Below are positions 12,765-25,246 of a stretch of 64,000 bases of DNA, piece by piece. Position 1 is the stretch's first letter, and every line of letters begins with the position of its first letter. The DNA comes from Takakia lepidozioides (lineage: Eukaryota; Plantae; Bryophyta). The stretch lies in NCBI GenBank assembly GCA_030704615.1, contig CM060733.1:58032001-58096000 (forward strand), read 5' to 3'. Below the pieces are notes generated by a model. The model saw nothing but the letters and a program-made list of their open reading frames with translations. It did no database searches and had not been told where the DNA came from. The translations under genes and the position numbers were made by a program.

Positions 12765-15700
12765 CTCGCTACCGGCGTCCCCAGTGTCCTCTGCAGCCGT
12801 GCCCGTGGCACCGTTTGCTGGGCAGTCGTCCTCCAGTTGAACCTGAATTACAAGTGACGACGCCAGCTAAACCTACCACAGATCGCTGGGAGCAGGCTGC
12901 CACTGTACAAGCCCAATAGCTTACGCACCAAGAAGCCTCTGTCTCCCCAACTTCTCGATGGACTCTCTCTTCTTTTCCCTTCCTTATCGTCGCAGATACA
13001 GTAAACAATGTCTTCTCCCTGCTCTCAGCAGCATCTTAGATTGGTGTTCTCTGACGCCTCAGGAGTTGCCAAAAATCTCTAGGGACTATCAAACCACCCC
13101 CACGCTAAGGAACAAGGTGACGGTTGCTAGAGGGTATGAAAACAAGGTGATTCAACTGCGTGTCGGGATCCAAGATCAGCAGTCGCTACTTACAGGTTTA
13201 ATAAGCTTCCCTTCTATTTCGTCGACGACCTACTAGCAATCACATATGATGCAACAACGTATGAGTCCCCGCTTTCTGCAGATAAACCAGTCACATTGAT
13301 CGATACCACAACAATTCCGGCATTGGGATGCCAATCGCACTCCGCACAAACGGTCTCTTCCTAACACATCCTTGATTCCCAACCCCCTAGTCGACTCCCT
13401 CAATGAAACATGGCAGTGTCCCGCAGGATTCCAGATCGCCGTCTGCAGGCTCCGCGCCAGGGGCCGTGTGACCATTCGTTAAACGCGTCTTCTTAGCTGC
13501 CCTACGAGAGACAACTCCCGGATCTTGGCAACACCCCCCAACTACGCATAATGACTGCAGATTCCAATGCTCAGACTGCAACAGGCATGCCCAGCTAACA
13601 ATCTCCTCCGACTGATAGACCAGACCGTGCCCCCCTTGCTGCTCTCAGCACCGCATCGCCCTCACATTCCTTCTCAACAACAACAACACACCATTGTCCC
13701 TGTTCTCCATACCTGCACCCCCTTCCCCCACCACAACCAACTCTTCTCCCACCCCAGATCTGTCGGCACAAAGCCCAGCAGCCTATAAGGCCGAGACGAG
13801 GTATTACTTACAAGCTCTCAAGCAAAAAGCATTCAGTGCATCTGTGTTTGAGAGATGGCTTTTGAGCACAGAAAAGTGAGGGAGAAACTCCTCTACTTCT
13901 GCAAGGAGGATATGTAGATCTTTGCAGGAAGAGGTGGACCAGATGGACCTCGTGCAAGCCAGGAGCTTTCCGAGCAAAACAAAATGGAGGCACAGTGCAT
14001 ACAAAAGGGAAGCTCGGATCAAGATTGCAATCCGGGCCCCATTGTAGACATCATCGTGAGATGTGGCGCATCTGTGGGACCCCTCCCTGCCAACCTACGG
14101 AGCTGCTCCGCTGCAACTGCTATGGCAGCAGACGTCTCGCACCCCCCATCCAGCTGCGCGGCCTGCCCGCACAGCTCACCGCGGTCAGCCCCCGCGGTTA
14201 GCACCCCCCGTAAACCCCCCCTGCCGGGATTGACTGTCCGCCGTCCGGCAACTGCGGTTACTTCACCGCGCGGTCTGCGACCCGGTCCTTCTCCGGGGGG
14301 CCGTCTCTCGTTTTGCCACCAACTGTAAACGCGGTTTATCGCACGCCTTTGACCACCGCGGTCTCCAGCGTCCACCCCGCGTCCCCCCAAGGGAACGCGA
14401 TCCCCGCTTTCTAGTCGTTTCAGTTTATTTTTGGATATATCCATACTCTTGTAATGCATCTTAATGGCATTTACGTCCTCCCCCACACTTGCATTCAATG
14501 TTTTCTTTTTTTGGCTGTTCAGTTCTGTGATCCCCGGTCCGGCTTCGAGCCGCGGACGGCCTCGAAAGTAATTTCACTGCGTAAAAACTAAAACCATCAT
14601 TCCCCACCGCTGGGAAGCCACGCGGCGGATGCTGGCTCATCCAACCGGTTCTCCCGGGAAACCGTATTTACCGGGGGGTAGATGTGTCCCCCCTGTAGGG
14701 AGCTAGCGGGAAGTGACGTTTTAGGTGGAACTCAATCATACCGGGCGGTAAATGATACCCATCCGGCCCGGGCGGCCCGTCGACCGTTCCCCTGGTTCGT
14801 ACCAGGGGTAGGTAGGGTTGGGTCAACCTAATCTTAACCCACACTCTTTCTGCTAATTCCTAGAGTGGTCAACTTATTATCCAGTAATTTATTTACTTAT
14901 AATTATGCAAAAATACTCGCCTTGTCCTGCAAGAGACTCAGATTTTAAATCTCAGTGACGACAGTGACCACCTTCTTTTCGGAAACATGGTGTACTAGGT
15001 TATTTTTTTAATTCGCCACTCTTTTAATAAAGTTTCATCAGAGCCTCTGTCCCTGTTCTCTTAAAATTAAAAAAACACATTTTCGTGGGATACGTATGGA
15101 GTATAATGTAAAAGGAGGGTAAAATTAAGGGGTCCTAATAGTTGATGGTCCACGGCAGGCTGGAACGACACGCAGGGCCCACACAAAGGCGCCAATCATT
15201 GCGCCTCGTTTTTACCACCTACATAATCAGGGACCGTATATCCTCCCATACCAGTGTACATACATAGTTTATAGGTACTAATGTACCTACCCCCTATATT
15301 CTATATTTTCACTCTACCTACCTACTTATCTAGATTTTCCGCTGTCAAGGCTTTTTTGAAACGAAAACAAAATACCTACTAGAAAAAAGATTCTAGTACG
15401 GAATTATCACCATAATTAGACTTTTCCGACAATACTAGTTTTATCTACATAAAATCGGGTGCAAGGAAAACAGCGCAATTGTGGATGTGGGTGGATGGAT
15501 AAGTGTGGGCTGACGGATGAAGACATTCCCAGCCCAAAAATGGTAGCCTGTTAAGAGGGATGACCCATTGTAGTTAGCCTACTATTTATTTATTTTCAAA
15601 TAATTTTAATAAAGAAAGGAGAAGGAGGCCCTTTTAATCAAATTAATTTAACTACTGTTGCCTTATGGCTTGGAGGAGGGACGGTTTCATGACAGAGGAC

Positions 15701-18700
15701 ATATCCCAAACTACGTGTGTAATTACGAAAATATTTCTACTAAATTAGGCCATCCAGTGTGCACGTTTTACTTGTGAAAGCCCTCAAAGTATTTCTATGT
15801 CTTGATAGGTACTACCTAGTCTATTCCAGCCCTAATAATGGGAAATAATTTAGAGGACCAGTTGGCAGAAGCAGGGCCACCTAATATGACAGGTGGTTCA
15901 ACCCCTGAATTAATTCATTGGTGGTCGAGCCAATGGGGTGTGGGCCCCCTCCACTTTACGCTCATCAGTCGCGCAACAAAAAACCCTTCCTCCAAGGTCT
16001 GATTTATCCCATATCGTTTGGCCGCATCGCGCACCTAGGTTATAGCCCCAACCTGTCTACGGAAAAGCGTTCGCCAGCTGCGTCATCCATCCGTCCCTCG
16101 AGGCAATGGTTTGGAGACCCTACCACCGGTTTACCCGAAAGGGTGGGGCGCATCCAGCCCCACAATCAGACTGCGAGACACCTCTTTACCCTTTTCTGTC
16201 AATCATACTAGGTGCTGTGTAGCACGCAAAGACGACCCCTTTTCTTTACTTTAAATAGATAAATATATATTTTCACAAATCCAAGGAATGTGAAAAAGCA
16301 ACGGTGGGCAGAGGTCACATGGAAAAGGTCCCCGGCTCAAATAATTGTTCATGCAGGAATGAGTAGCGGCCCCCCCCCTTTTTGTCCCTTGGGGCCAGTA
16401 GGGAAATAATGCAGGCCTTCAGATTCCACCTGGATTGCGTGTATCTCACAGACCATCGTACTTCCATTTAACCTAATTTTGACTTCCAAAATAAAACGAG
16501 AAACAAACAAAACAGAATAGTCAGTGAATTTCTGGTCTTTTTTGTCGAGTAGCGCATTACCGTGTATTGATGGCCATTTTAGACGACTAATGTAGCCCAG
16601 ACGGTCGCAGAGATTAAATTATGCCCACTTATGTATAAATAGAACGACTATTGGAACTGAAAGTAAAAGAGCCAGCTGGACAAGGTCATGTAATATTACT
16701 GAAATTCAATTAAATTATTATTCTTTAAGTCTACAGACCATATCAGTCAATGGCTGCTTGAAGTGGATCTTTTTGCTTGACGCCATTGACTCGCCATTAA
16801 GACAGAAAATGAGAGACTGACGGTCGAAGGCAAATGTTGAGGGATTGAACCCAGGGTCGTCCTGGTTATGCGTACAGTTGATGATGGATGGATGGATGGA
16901 TGGATGTGCTAGAGTGGAAGTGGATGAGCGATTCCTTGCCCCGCGCCGGCGTTACGCGGCACGACAGCCGGCTGTAAGTTAGTCGTCTCTCTCGTCTTGC
17001 TCTCGACGGCGATGTGCTGCATGCGAGAGATGTGGCGTCTCTGCCTGCATGAGCTCGCAGTGCTGAATCTTTCGGATTCCATCGTTTAATATAATTTTCA
17101 TGTCACAGATGTGCGAATTCTGGTGAACTTTTTGTGTTTTTCAAACGAGGATTGCTCCGCAGAATCGAGGAACAGAGCTGAAAGTGGGATGAAAGTTCAT
17201 TCTAGTACCTCCATTCTACAAGTACATAAAGTGTGAGCACTGGAATGCTGTCCAGATGACTACGATTTTATCTCGAAAAAGTGTTAAAGGTTCCCGGGAA
17301 CGTAGTGTCCTGGGGCCTCCACATTCTCGTGTAAGTGAGGGGAAGCCATAGATTCTGAATTAGGATCAGTGAGTTGAAGAACGATGCCTTTACCTGGAGA
17401 AAGTCTTCTAGTCGCATGGATCCCTTACATCAAGGCAGTATCTCCTTAGATTAGTATGCGGGAGAAGTGCGGACCCTGTCCACTATTTTGATAAACAGGA
17501 AGAGTATGGTCCAACAACTCAGCGAAGGGACCCAATGGTCTGCCTTCCTTGCCTCAGGTGGGACGAAGCTTGAGCTCCCAGAGTTCAAGAGAAAATGGGA
17601 TGATCCACGAAATTACATCTCGAGAATGTTTGGGATCTGGATTATAAATGTCTAGCGTGTTTCTTCACAGTGTGTATACGGAAGACACTGCGTTGTCGGC
17701 TGCACGCTATGTGAAATGGTTACGTATTGCCATGTATGTACCTCCCTGAACAGAACTCAACTAACCAAATTGTACTGGTCACGACTTCAACGTCTACTTA
17801 CTGCAATCTCAACCCTGAACTTCCACGAAACTTACATCTAATGACACCCTTCACGAATCCAGGCACTCGAAGTCTACGTAGGCCACTTTTGTGGAGTAGT
17901 ATCCGGGCTACCCAAGCAGGCCTGGTCCCCAGAACTCCCCACAATCGTCGCTTATAACTACCACAGCTTTAGGGCTGCACCGTGACACACCGAGTTCAGG
18001 GAAAGAAATGAACGACCTAGAATTGTCTCTAGGCTGCGGTTAACGGTATACACAGAGGTCGATACATTCTCATAGCCACTGATTACACTACCAAGTGGGT
18101 AGAGGTCTGTGTTTATAAGACCTTCTCGAGATACTCTCAGGTCAACTGGCGGACGGACCAGGATTTCCTCAAAGTCCGCTCCACCAATTTTGAAGGAATG
18201 TGAACAATACTTTGTGGGCTGCGACGAATTCAGCTTGGAGGGGAACTGCTGTCCGAGTGAAACCAAATTTCAGATACAGTTACATTCGCAGGCAACCCAC
18301 TTATCAACCAGCCTGCGAACTTCCCAAGAAAACTTCTTCCTCTAGTGCTCAGCTGTAGCATTCTTCCTAGCGACTGCGAACCCTGAACATTAATTGTCTC
18401 AGCACTTGAGGTGGAAGAACTCTAGTCATATTTCGTGCATTTGTTCCCTTGCCAGCACGCCCCATCTGGCTTTGTATGTAATCCGCATTTGCGTCTGTTT
18501 CACCTCTTCCTGAACCGTCACTACTACCAGCCAGCCCTTGTGGTAATCTTTGTGTGTCATGAACTTCTGATAATTTGTCATATCTAGCTCGGGAAGCAAC
18601 TTATCCGATCAGTGACAGCATCTTCTTTTTTTCTTTTCTTTTTGTAAACAGGGATCATAGGCCCTGGACATTTATTCAGTTTATTGTGGGGAAAAAAATT

Positions 18701-19057
18701 TAAAACCCGGATGACACCATCTCATATCGAGAGAGTGATCAAGAACCAAGCAAGGGGACAACTAATTAAGGTTGTATTAAGGTGGATCTACTCTTAAGGG
18801 CGATTAACATCAGACTCGGAGAAAATCAGGCATGCCTCTGCGTGAGCATGGTCACGTGAGCGCAGTTGTGCTCACGCCACGTCACCTTGCGCCAATGCCA
18901 CATCACGGGGCTCACTCCACATCATCACACTTGAAGACCGCGTCACCACGCGCCCAAGAGGAAATGGAGTGTATTCCCGCGGATTGGCACCCTTTACCGC
19001 GGAAACAAGATGGACGACATAATAAAAGGCCGTGGTCATTCCCACCTGAAAGCAACA

Positions 19058-19420
19058 GATGAATAAATGATGGATGAATGTACAGTTGGATGATAAACAT
19101 ATGGATGAGTGTGAAAAATGAATGTAGATGGATGAATGAGGGATGGATAAGAGTCAAATGGATGAATGTATAATGGATGTTGAGCAATGAAAAACATTCA
19201 TGACAGGAAGATGCATGAGTAAAACTTTAGACGAATGCACAACGTATATGACATAAGTGTGGACGGTTTGTGGGGTGGATTAAAGAGTACAGAGGATGAA
19301 TGTACAATGGAGGTTGAACAAAGGAAAACATTCATGAATGGAGCACGCATGAATACACTGTAGATGAAAGCACAATGGATATGACAAGAATGAGGGAGGT
19401 TTTGTGAGATGAATTCATAC
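19058..19420. repeat. Left subterminal GATGAATG-rich repeats including a ~133-bp tandem duplication
   Basis: Repeated (G)GATGAATG. GGATGAATGTAYAATGGAxGTTGA...AAAACATTCATGA occurs at about 19160 and about 19293. Confidence 0.7.
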
Positions 19421-21888
19421 ATATTGCAATTTAAATGGTAGTTGATGGTAGTTTTTTCTTTCCAAAGGAACAATTACGGTGGAGGAAGCGGATTCAACAT
19501 TTTCCAAAGAGGATGAAACAGAATATTAAAAGAACATAGTTCAGTCTGACTCAGAGTCAGTACAATGTATCCTCACTTCATCTGCATCTAAGTCTAAGTA
19601 TTTAAGAACTCCGGATCTACGTTGGCTACACCTACGGCGGGGCAGTAAAAATTCAAGGGATAGGGACTCGGCCGCGTGAAGTGTCATTGCTTTGGCATAA
19701 TCAGGAAGCAGAAAATTGGAAAGGGGGCTTTCGAAAACAGACTCGCCACAAATGACTATATCTCCTAAAGATCCACCGCTGCCTTTCCTGAAAGACAGCC
19801 TGAAAAAGTTATTATTGTAACTTTGATGTTATTGAGAAATTGAGTATGACTCCCAAAGTGGGTTTAACACTTACTCACATGAAAAGTCGTTGTCGACCTG
19901 CTTATCTTCGGGATCGTCATCATTTCGAATTTGAATCCAATCAGTCTGTGTGCCTGAAGTGGAGCCAGACAAAAGGGGGAGGAGCACTGTGTTGTAGAGG
20001 TCAGAATCACCCTCCATGCCAAAAAGGCTTCTTCCGCCTGCCTTGCATGCATGGTAAGTTGCTCATGCACCAGACAGGAGGACATGAACAGTTTGGTGGG
20101 GGGGATTTAAGCAGATGGAAACTGGTGAAAGAAAATCAATTCGGAAGGGAGAGAACGAACATGTGGACACAGAAAGATCGACCACCCATGTAGAGTGGTG
20201 GCTGCATGACTCCAGCAGTATTTGCATGAACGCTGGGGATTTTTCCTTTGCACCTCTCCAGGGAGTGCCATATGGTCTCTTCAGAGTCTGACTGGACTGC
20301 ATGAAGTTGTACAAAATGTCATCGACATGCGGCTCATAGGGGGGGTTGACGAAACAACCCTGGTAAGAAATCTCAAAGCTGCGAATGGAGGATGATGTCA
20401 TTGAGGTGCGAATCATCCGCAGGCAGATCGCCTCGAACATCCTCGTCTGCCAAAGATAGCAGGTTAGTGTGCTAAACACAATCTATAGTGGAAGTGTGTA
20501 CATCGGCTATTCAGAACTCAGGCACAAAACAATCATTTTTATCACGAATCGGTGATGATCGGTGTCGATCATGACAGATTCTTCTAGAGTGGAGCTGCAG
20601 AGAACATTGAAACTTATCATGAAAGCACAAGCAGAAGGGAGACGGCATACCAGCTGACCAGGGAAACCCCCTTTCACAAGGTAGAGGCTGTTCACATAAT
20701 TCCATGTGCGCAAAACTTCAAACCCTGAAGACTTAAGGTATGATGCCAATGCCCGACGACTATCTTTGTCACATGACTGAAAAAGCAGAAGTGTCCCTGC
20801 ATCAGAGAGGGATTATTACAGAACCCGAACACCCAACTCCAGTAGTTGTCCTCGAATTTGTTCCAACCTGGCGTCTTGCCCTTTGGAAGAACTTCTGGCA
20901 CAGTCTGGCCATCCGGGATGTCGAGAATGACAATGTCAGCCGCATATGTTTTCTCACACCGCACACGAAGGTGGGACCTGTGCTCACCTGCAACAGACAT
21001 GTTTTTTTTAAGAACGATGGCAAGAATGTTTTCAAAGAACCAGACTGAAATACTGCCAATGAAACTTTCAGAGAAAAAGGAAAGAAACTGGAATTCTCAT
21101 CAGGTTGAGAGATTATGTTGTCCCAGGTAGGCGAAGACACCCCAGTGTATCCTCTCTTTCGACTCTGCATCATCGACAGCCAACCCTCATTGACAATTTT
21201 AATCTCTCCTGCCGAATCAGAACAGGAAGGGTGTGGCTTGGCATCGAACACGCACTGAACTGTGCGGGTATATCTTCCAGCAGTGAAGTCCTGCCCACTC
21301 TCCATCTCATTTTCCTTCTCTTTCCCCTTGTCTTTTTCCTTCTCTTTGGACTTGTCTTTGTCCGTTGGCTTTGCTGGTGAGATGGCTATGACATCAAGAG
21401 CCTTGTCTTTTGGTCTATGGCCCGCCTTCATTCCCTTCTGCGGCGTTCCTTGAGCATCAGGCTCCTTGGCAGCCAATGTTGCTATGTTTCTTTGGTACTC
21501 TTCGTCAGTCAGAGGCGCCAGCATCTCAGCATTATTGTTCAAATATTTCATATGTTGTTCTTGAAAGGTCGTGTGCTCCGGTGGGCAGTCAAGGTACCAG
21601 CCACAGTCTCTGAAGTGAGAAGGACTCCAGTCCTTCAATATCCCTGCAGTATACATGGTTGGATCGTTTGCAGGGTCCGACCACATGTCAAGATAGTCTG
21701 GAATACCGCTCAGGTGATTTCCTTCCATAAGCACATATTTCGTGTACCTGTTAAACAAGAGATAAATCCCAACCCACCAAAGCGCGAAGTGAGTAAGATG
21801 CAAGTAGCACAAAATGAAAAAAACATGGAATGAAATGGCTCTGAGAACTGCTCCAAGGACCTTTCAGGACCACACCACAGCTCCGGAT

Positions 21889-22642
21889 GTGAATGTCGTC
21901 AACGCCATTCAAAACATTCCATTCAATGATACTGTAAATACACCCTAATCCACGTGAATGCAAACTCTCGCTTTGGAATGACACAGAGATAGAAGTGAAT
22001 GTCGTCAACGACATTCACTTTGGATTTGTGAATACACTGCTAATCAAGCCTAATGATTTCTTAAAAGAGCAAAATCATTGGATGGAAATCAGAAACTCGA
22101 GTAAGGAACCCTCCCCAAAAACTCAATGGACATTCATAACGAACATAACACTGAGGACCTCATAATAACACTGGATGTGAATGGCGTCAATGCCATTCAC
22201 AAAATTACGAACAAGGAACCAATTAATACACCCTTAGCTCCCAATCCATGTAAATTCAAATTGTAGCTGGTGAATGACACAGACATAGAAGTGAATGTCG
22301 TCAACGACATTCACTTTGGATCTCTGATAACACAGCTAATCAAGCCTCAAGATTTCTCGCAAGAGGCAAAAGCAATGCAAAACAACTGAATGTCTGCATT
22401 GACATTCAGCAAACTGAAGTGAGGAACCCTCACTGTAAATTCTATGGACATTACAAAAACTTACATAACTCTGAGGACCTCTCAACAACTCTAGATGTGA
22501 ATGTCGTCAACGCCATTCAGGGACATTATCAATTCTAATTAGGGACACTATAATTACACCCTAAGCTCCTAATCCAGGTGAATTCAAATTCTCGCTTAAG
22601 AATGACTCAGACAAAGAAGTGAATGTCGTCAACGACATTCAA
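21889..22642. repeat. Array A: seven 24-bp palindromes within about 2.5 copies of a ~290-325 bp tandem unit (intron 21748-22722)
   Basis: Copies start at 21889, 21995, 22177, 22291, 22386, 22497 and 22619. 21995 and 22291 are perfect GTGAATGTCG-TCAA-CGACATTCAC. Confidence 0.9.
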
Positions 22643-24508
22643 TTTGCATCTATGATTTCAAACCTTATGAAGCCAAATTATTTCCCAAAAAGTGCAGTAG
22701 AGTTTCCAGTATGATATTGCACCTGTACACAACTCGCATCATGGCCCACTCTCCTCCAACCTGACTGTCAAAGTCGTTGGACCGTAAAATGTTACTATCT
22801 TTCGAGAACTCCCGGAAAAAACAGTATCTCCAGGTGAGACCTTTCCACTTCCTTATGTATACCTCCAATGACATTTGGGGAGGGGAAACAATCGAAATGT
22901 TCAAGTCCTTCAAAGTCTGATCCAGCACAATGACGGCGCGTTTATCGAGCTGCAAATTGTATATTTGTCAGTATTGCAAATAAAATACTCATCACATAAT
23001 TGAAGAAAAGAAAGCGACTTATTTGAATACACACCTGACTCCAAAATGTAGCCTTGTGGAGCCAGTTATCAAACACCAAATCACTGATTCCTTCCACCTT
23101 TGTGCCAGGCTGTATGGTGCTCTTTGGGAACTGATTCAAGTCCTTTACTGTCTGATCTGAGTTCCATATCTCCAGCCACCTTACTTTTGTTTGTGGGTCA
23201 ACCATGGATATAGCCAGCCGGTGCAATTTCTCCTGTTGCATCTCCGGATGCACATGCTTGTCATAGTGAGATTTGATCCATTGAAGGAACTCAGAACCAA
23301 GTCCAGGATCTAGTATTCTAACCTGCTTTCCGAAGGCGGACATCAATTTGGTTCTTCGCACTTCAAACTCCTTTTTTATTGCTGCTTCCACACCCTTTGA
23401 TGTCCTTAGTTCCTCTGGTGTAGTGCGGTAATATTCGGATTTTCCCTTCTCAGCTGCCTCTGCTAGTTCTTGCTGCATTGATTCAAATAGTGATTAGCAC
23501 CGAAGGGACTACAAACATGTATTCGAAAAGTAAACTGAGTACAGACTCGGGCTTACCGCATACATGTACTCCAGAAACACCTCTCGAGTCAAAGAATACC
23601 AAGTGCATGCAGCTCTTCCTGTTTCGTACTTCTTGATTATATTGGAGGGGAGTACTGTCCGAAAATCATCCAGCTTCATTAGACCAATCCTCTGAATTCG
23701 GAATAGTGTGCGGACCAAGCTTGTTGTCACATGCGATTTCTCTGTCGATCTGCAAAAACATTGGAAACATTGCATTCCTTAACACTATTTTTTTGGGATT
23801 AACAAGACACTACAGAGGGAATGCAATCTCTAGGATGACTTACTTGTTCACGTCGTGCATAGCTGTAAGAAGCCTAGCGATGTCGTTTCCTGGATCCAAA
23901 ACCATTGCCTCCACAGCAACATGCTTGTCTTTGTCTTTCACATGGTGTTTGTATCCCATCCATGCCAGCAATCGGTGGTTGCCGTCCCAGACGTAGAACA
24001 TGTGGTTGCAGAATTGCTGGGTGTTATTTCCCATCATGAGGCCCAGCTCGAACTCTTCATTGGCATTTTTCTAGCACTCATCCCAGGTATCACTGATCTC
24101 TGGAGACACTAATGTGCTTTTCCCATTTATATCCGTTAGTGACACATAAAAAACTTGTGCACCAAGTCTGTATCCATGCACGAAATCACTCTCCAATTTT
24201 GTTATGTCATGGGAAAGAGGTGGACGCACAACAGACATAGATATCATCCGGCACAAAGGGATGTCCAGACGCCCTCCAGATACGAGCATGTCCCTTATAA
24301 CCTCCCGAGAGTTTACCTTCTGGAATGACATGAGTTCTTTCACCTTGTCAAGGTAGTGCACTTCAGATTCATCTGCTTCATCGTTATTCTCTGAGCTTTT
24401 TCCAGACTCGTCCCCATCTCCAGATCTTTTCTCCTCTGATCCTGTAGGCTTGGACCTCACAGTTTTCTGCACGATGCCATTCAAATCTGACTGAGTAATG
24501 TGCAAATA

Positions 24509-25246
24509 GTGAACGGCGGTAACGACCATCACTCTGTCTCGACGAAACTCACAATGAATGGTGTGAAACAAATTCAGAACCATCTACACAAGCAAAGCTG
24601 ATCCTGCCGAATTCAAAATAAAAGCGAGAGCGATAGCGAACAACGTTAACGACAATCACAAAAGACAAGGACCTGCCGGATCGGTGTTGTGTAATGACAT
24701 ATATGTGTAAGTGATTGGTGGCAACGATATTCAGTATAGTTTAGGGCGGACAGTAAGTGCAGATTATTCAGATTGACTCCATTGTGATTATCGTCGCAAG
24801 CATTCACGGTTTCCTGTCTATGTCGAGAGTACTTTCCAATTGATACTCTACCTGAATCTACAATATGGTCTTCAAATCTTTGATTGGCGGTACCGCCTTT
24901 CCACTTCTCTATCTGTTCAATCTCATACAAAGAAAATGCATTGCAATACATTATGACTGACTATGCCGACCCTCACTCTCTCATCAAACACATAGGTAAA
25001 TAAATCTCATGAGGAGAATCGAATGGCGTTAACGACGCTCGCAATTCAGTAGACTTCAATCACATGTTCCTGCTAAAGAAGGGAACATGAATGACTGCTT
25101 GAAAGGCAATCAGACAGACTGTATGATCTAAACAACGGTGAATGACGGTACCGTCAGTCACCCACTCATTGTGCGGTAAACCCTTAACAGAGGAGTAGAA
25201 AGCAAATCACCGTTGTTTCATGGTGATGGTCGGTAGCGACAAACAA
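24509..25246. repeat. Array B: about eight degenerate copies of the same 24-bp palindrome with dissimilar spacers (intron 24467-25319)
   Basis: Copies at 24509 GTGAACGGCG-GTAA-CGACCATCAC, 24636, 24711, 24784, 24880, 25019, 25138 GTGAATGACG-GTAC-CGTCAGTCAC and 25223; start-to-start spacing 73-139 bp. Confidence 0.7.

Noticed and set aside
12769-13008. Upstream ORF ending just before the glycosyltransferase ATG
   Set aside because: The start appears to be non-ATG and there is no conservation evidence.
17958-18266. YCSHSFKIGGA resembling the tyrosine-recombinase HSFRIGGA motif (DIRS/Crypton)
   Set aside because: Isolated motif with Lys in place of the catalytic Arg, no GRW/Tyr motifs downstream and no RT/RNase H nearby.
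21889-25246. Calling the palindrome arrays a true CRISPR array
   Set aside because: Eukaryotic intronic context, no cas genes, spacers too long and variable, array A spacers are mutually homologous and array B repeats are degenerate. Reported as repeat arrays instead.
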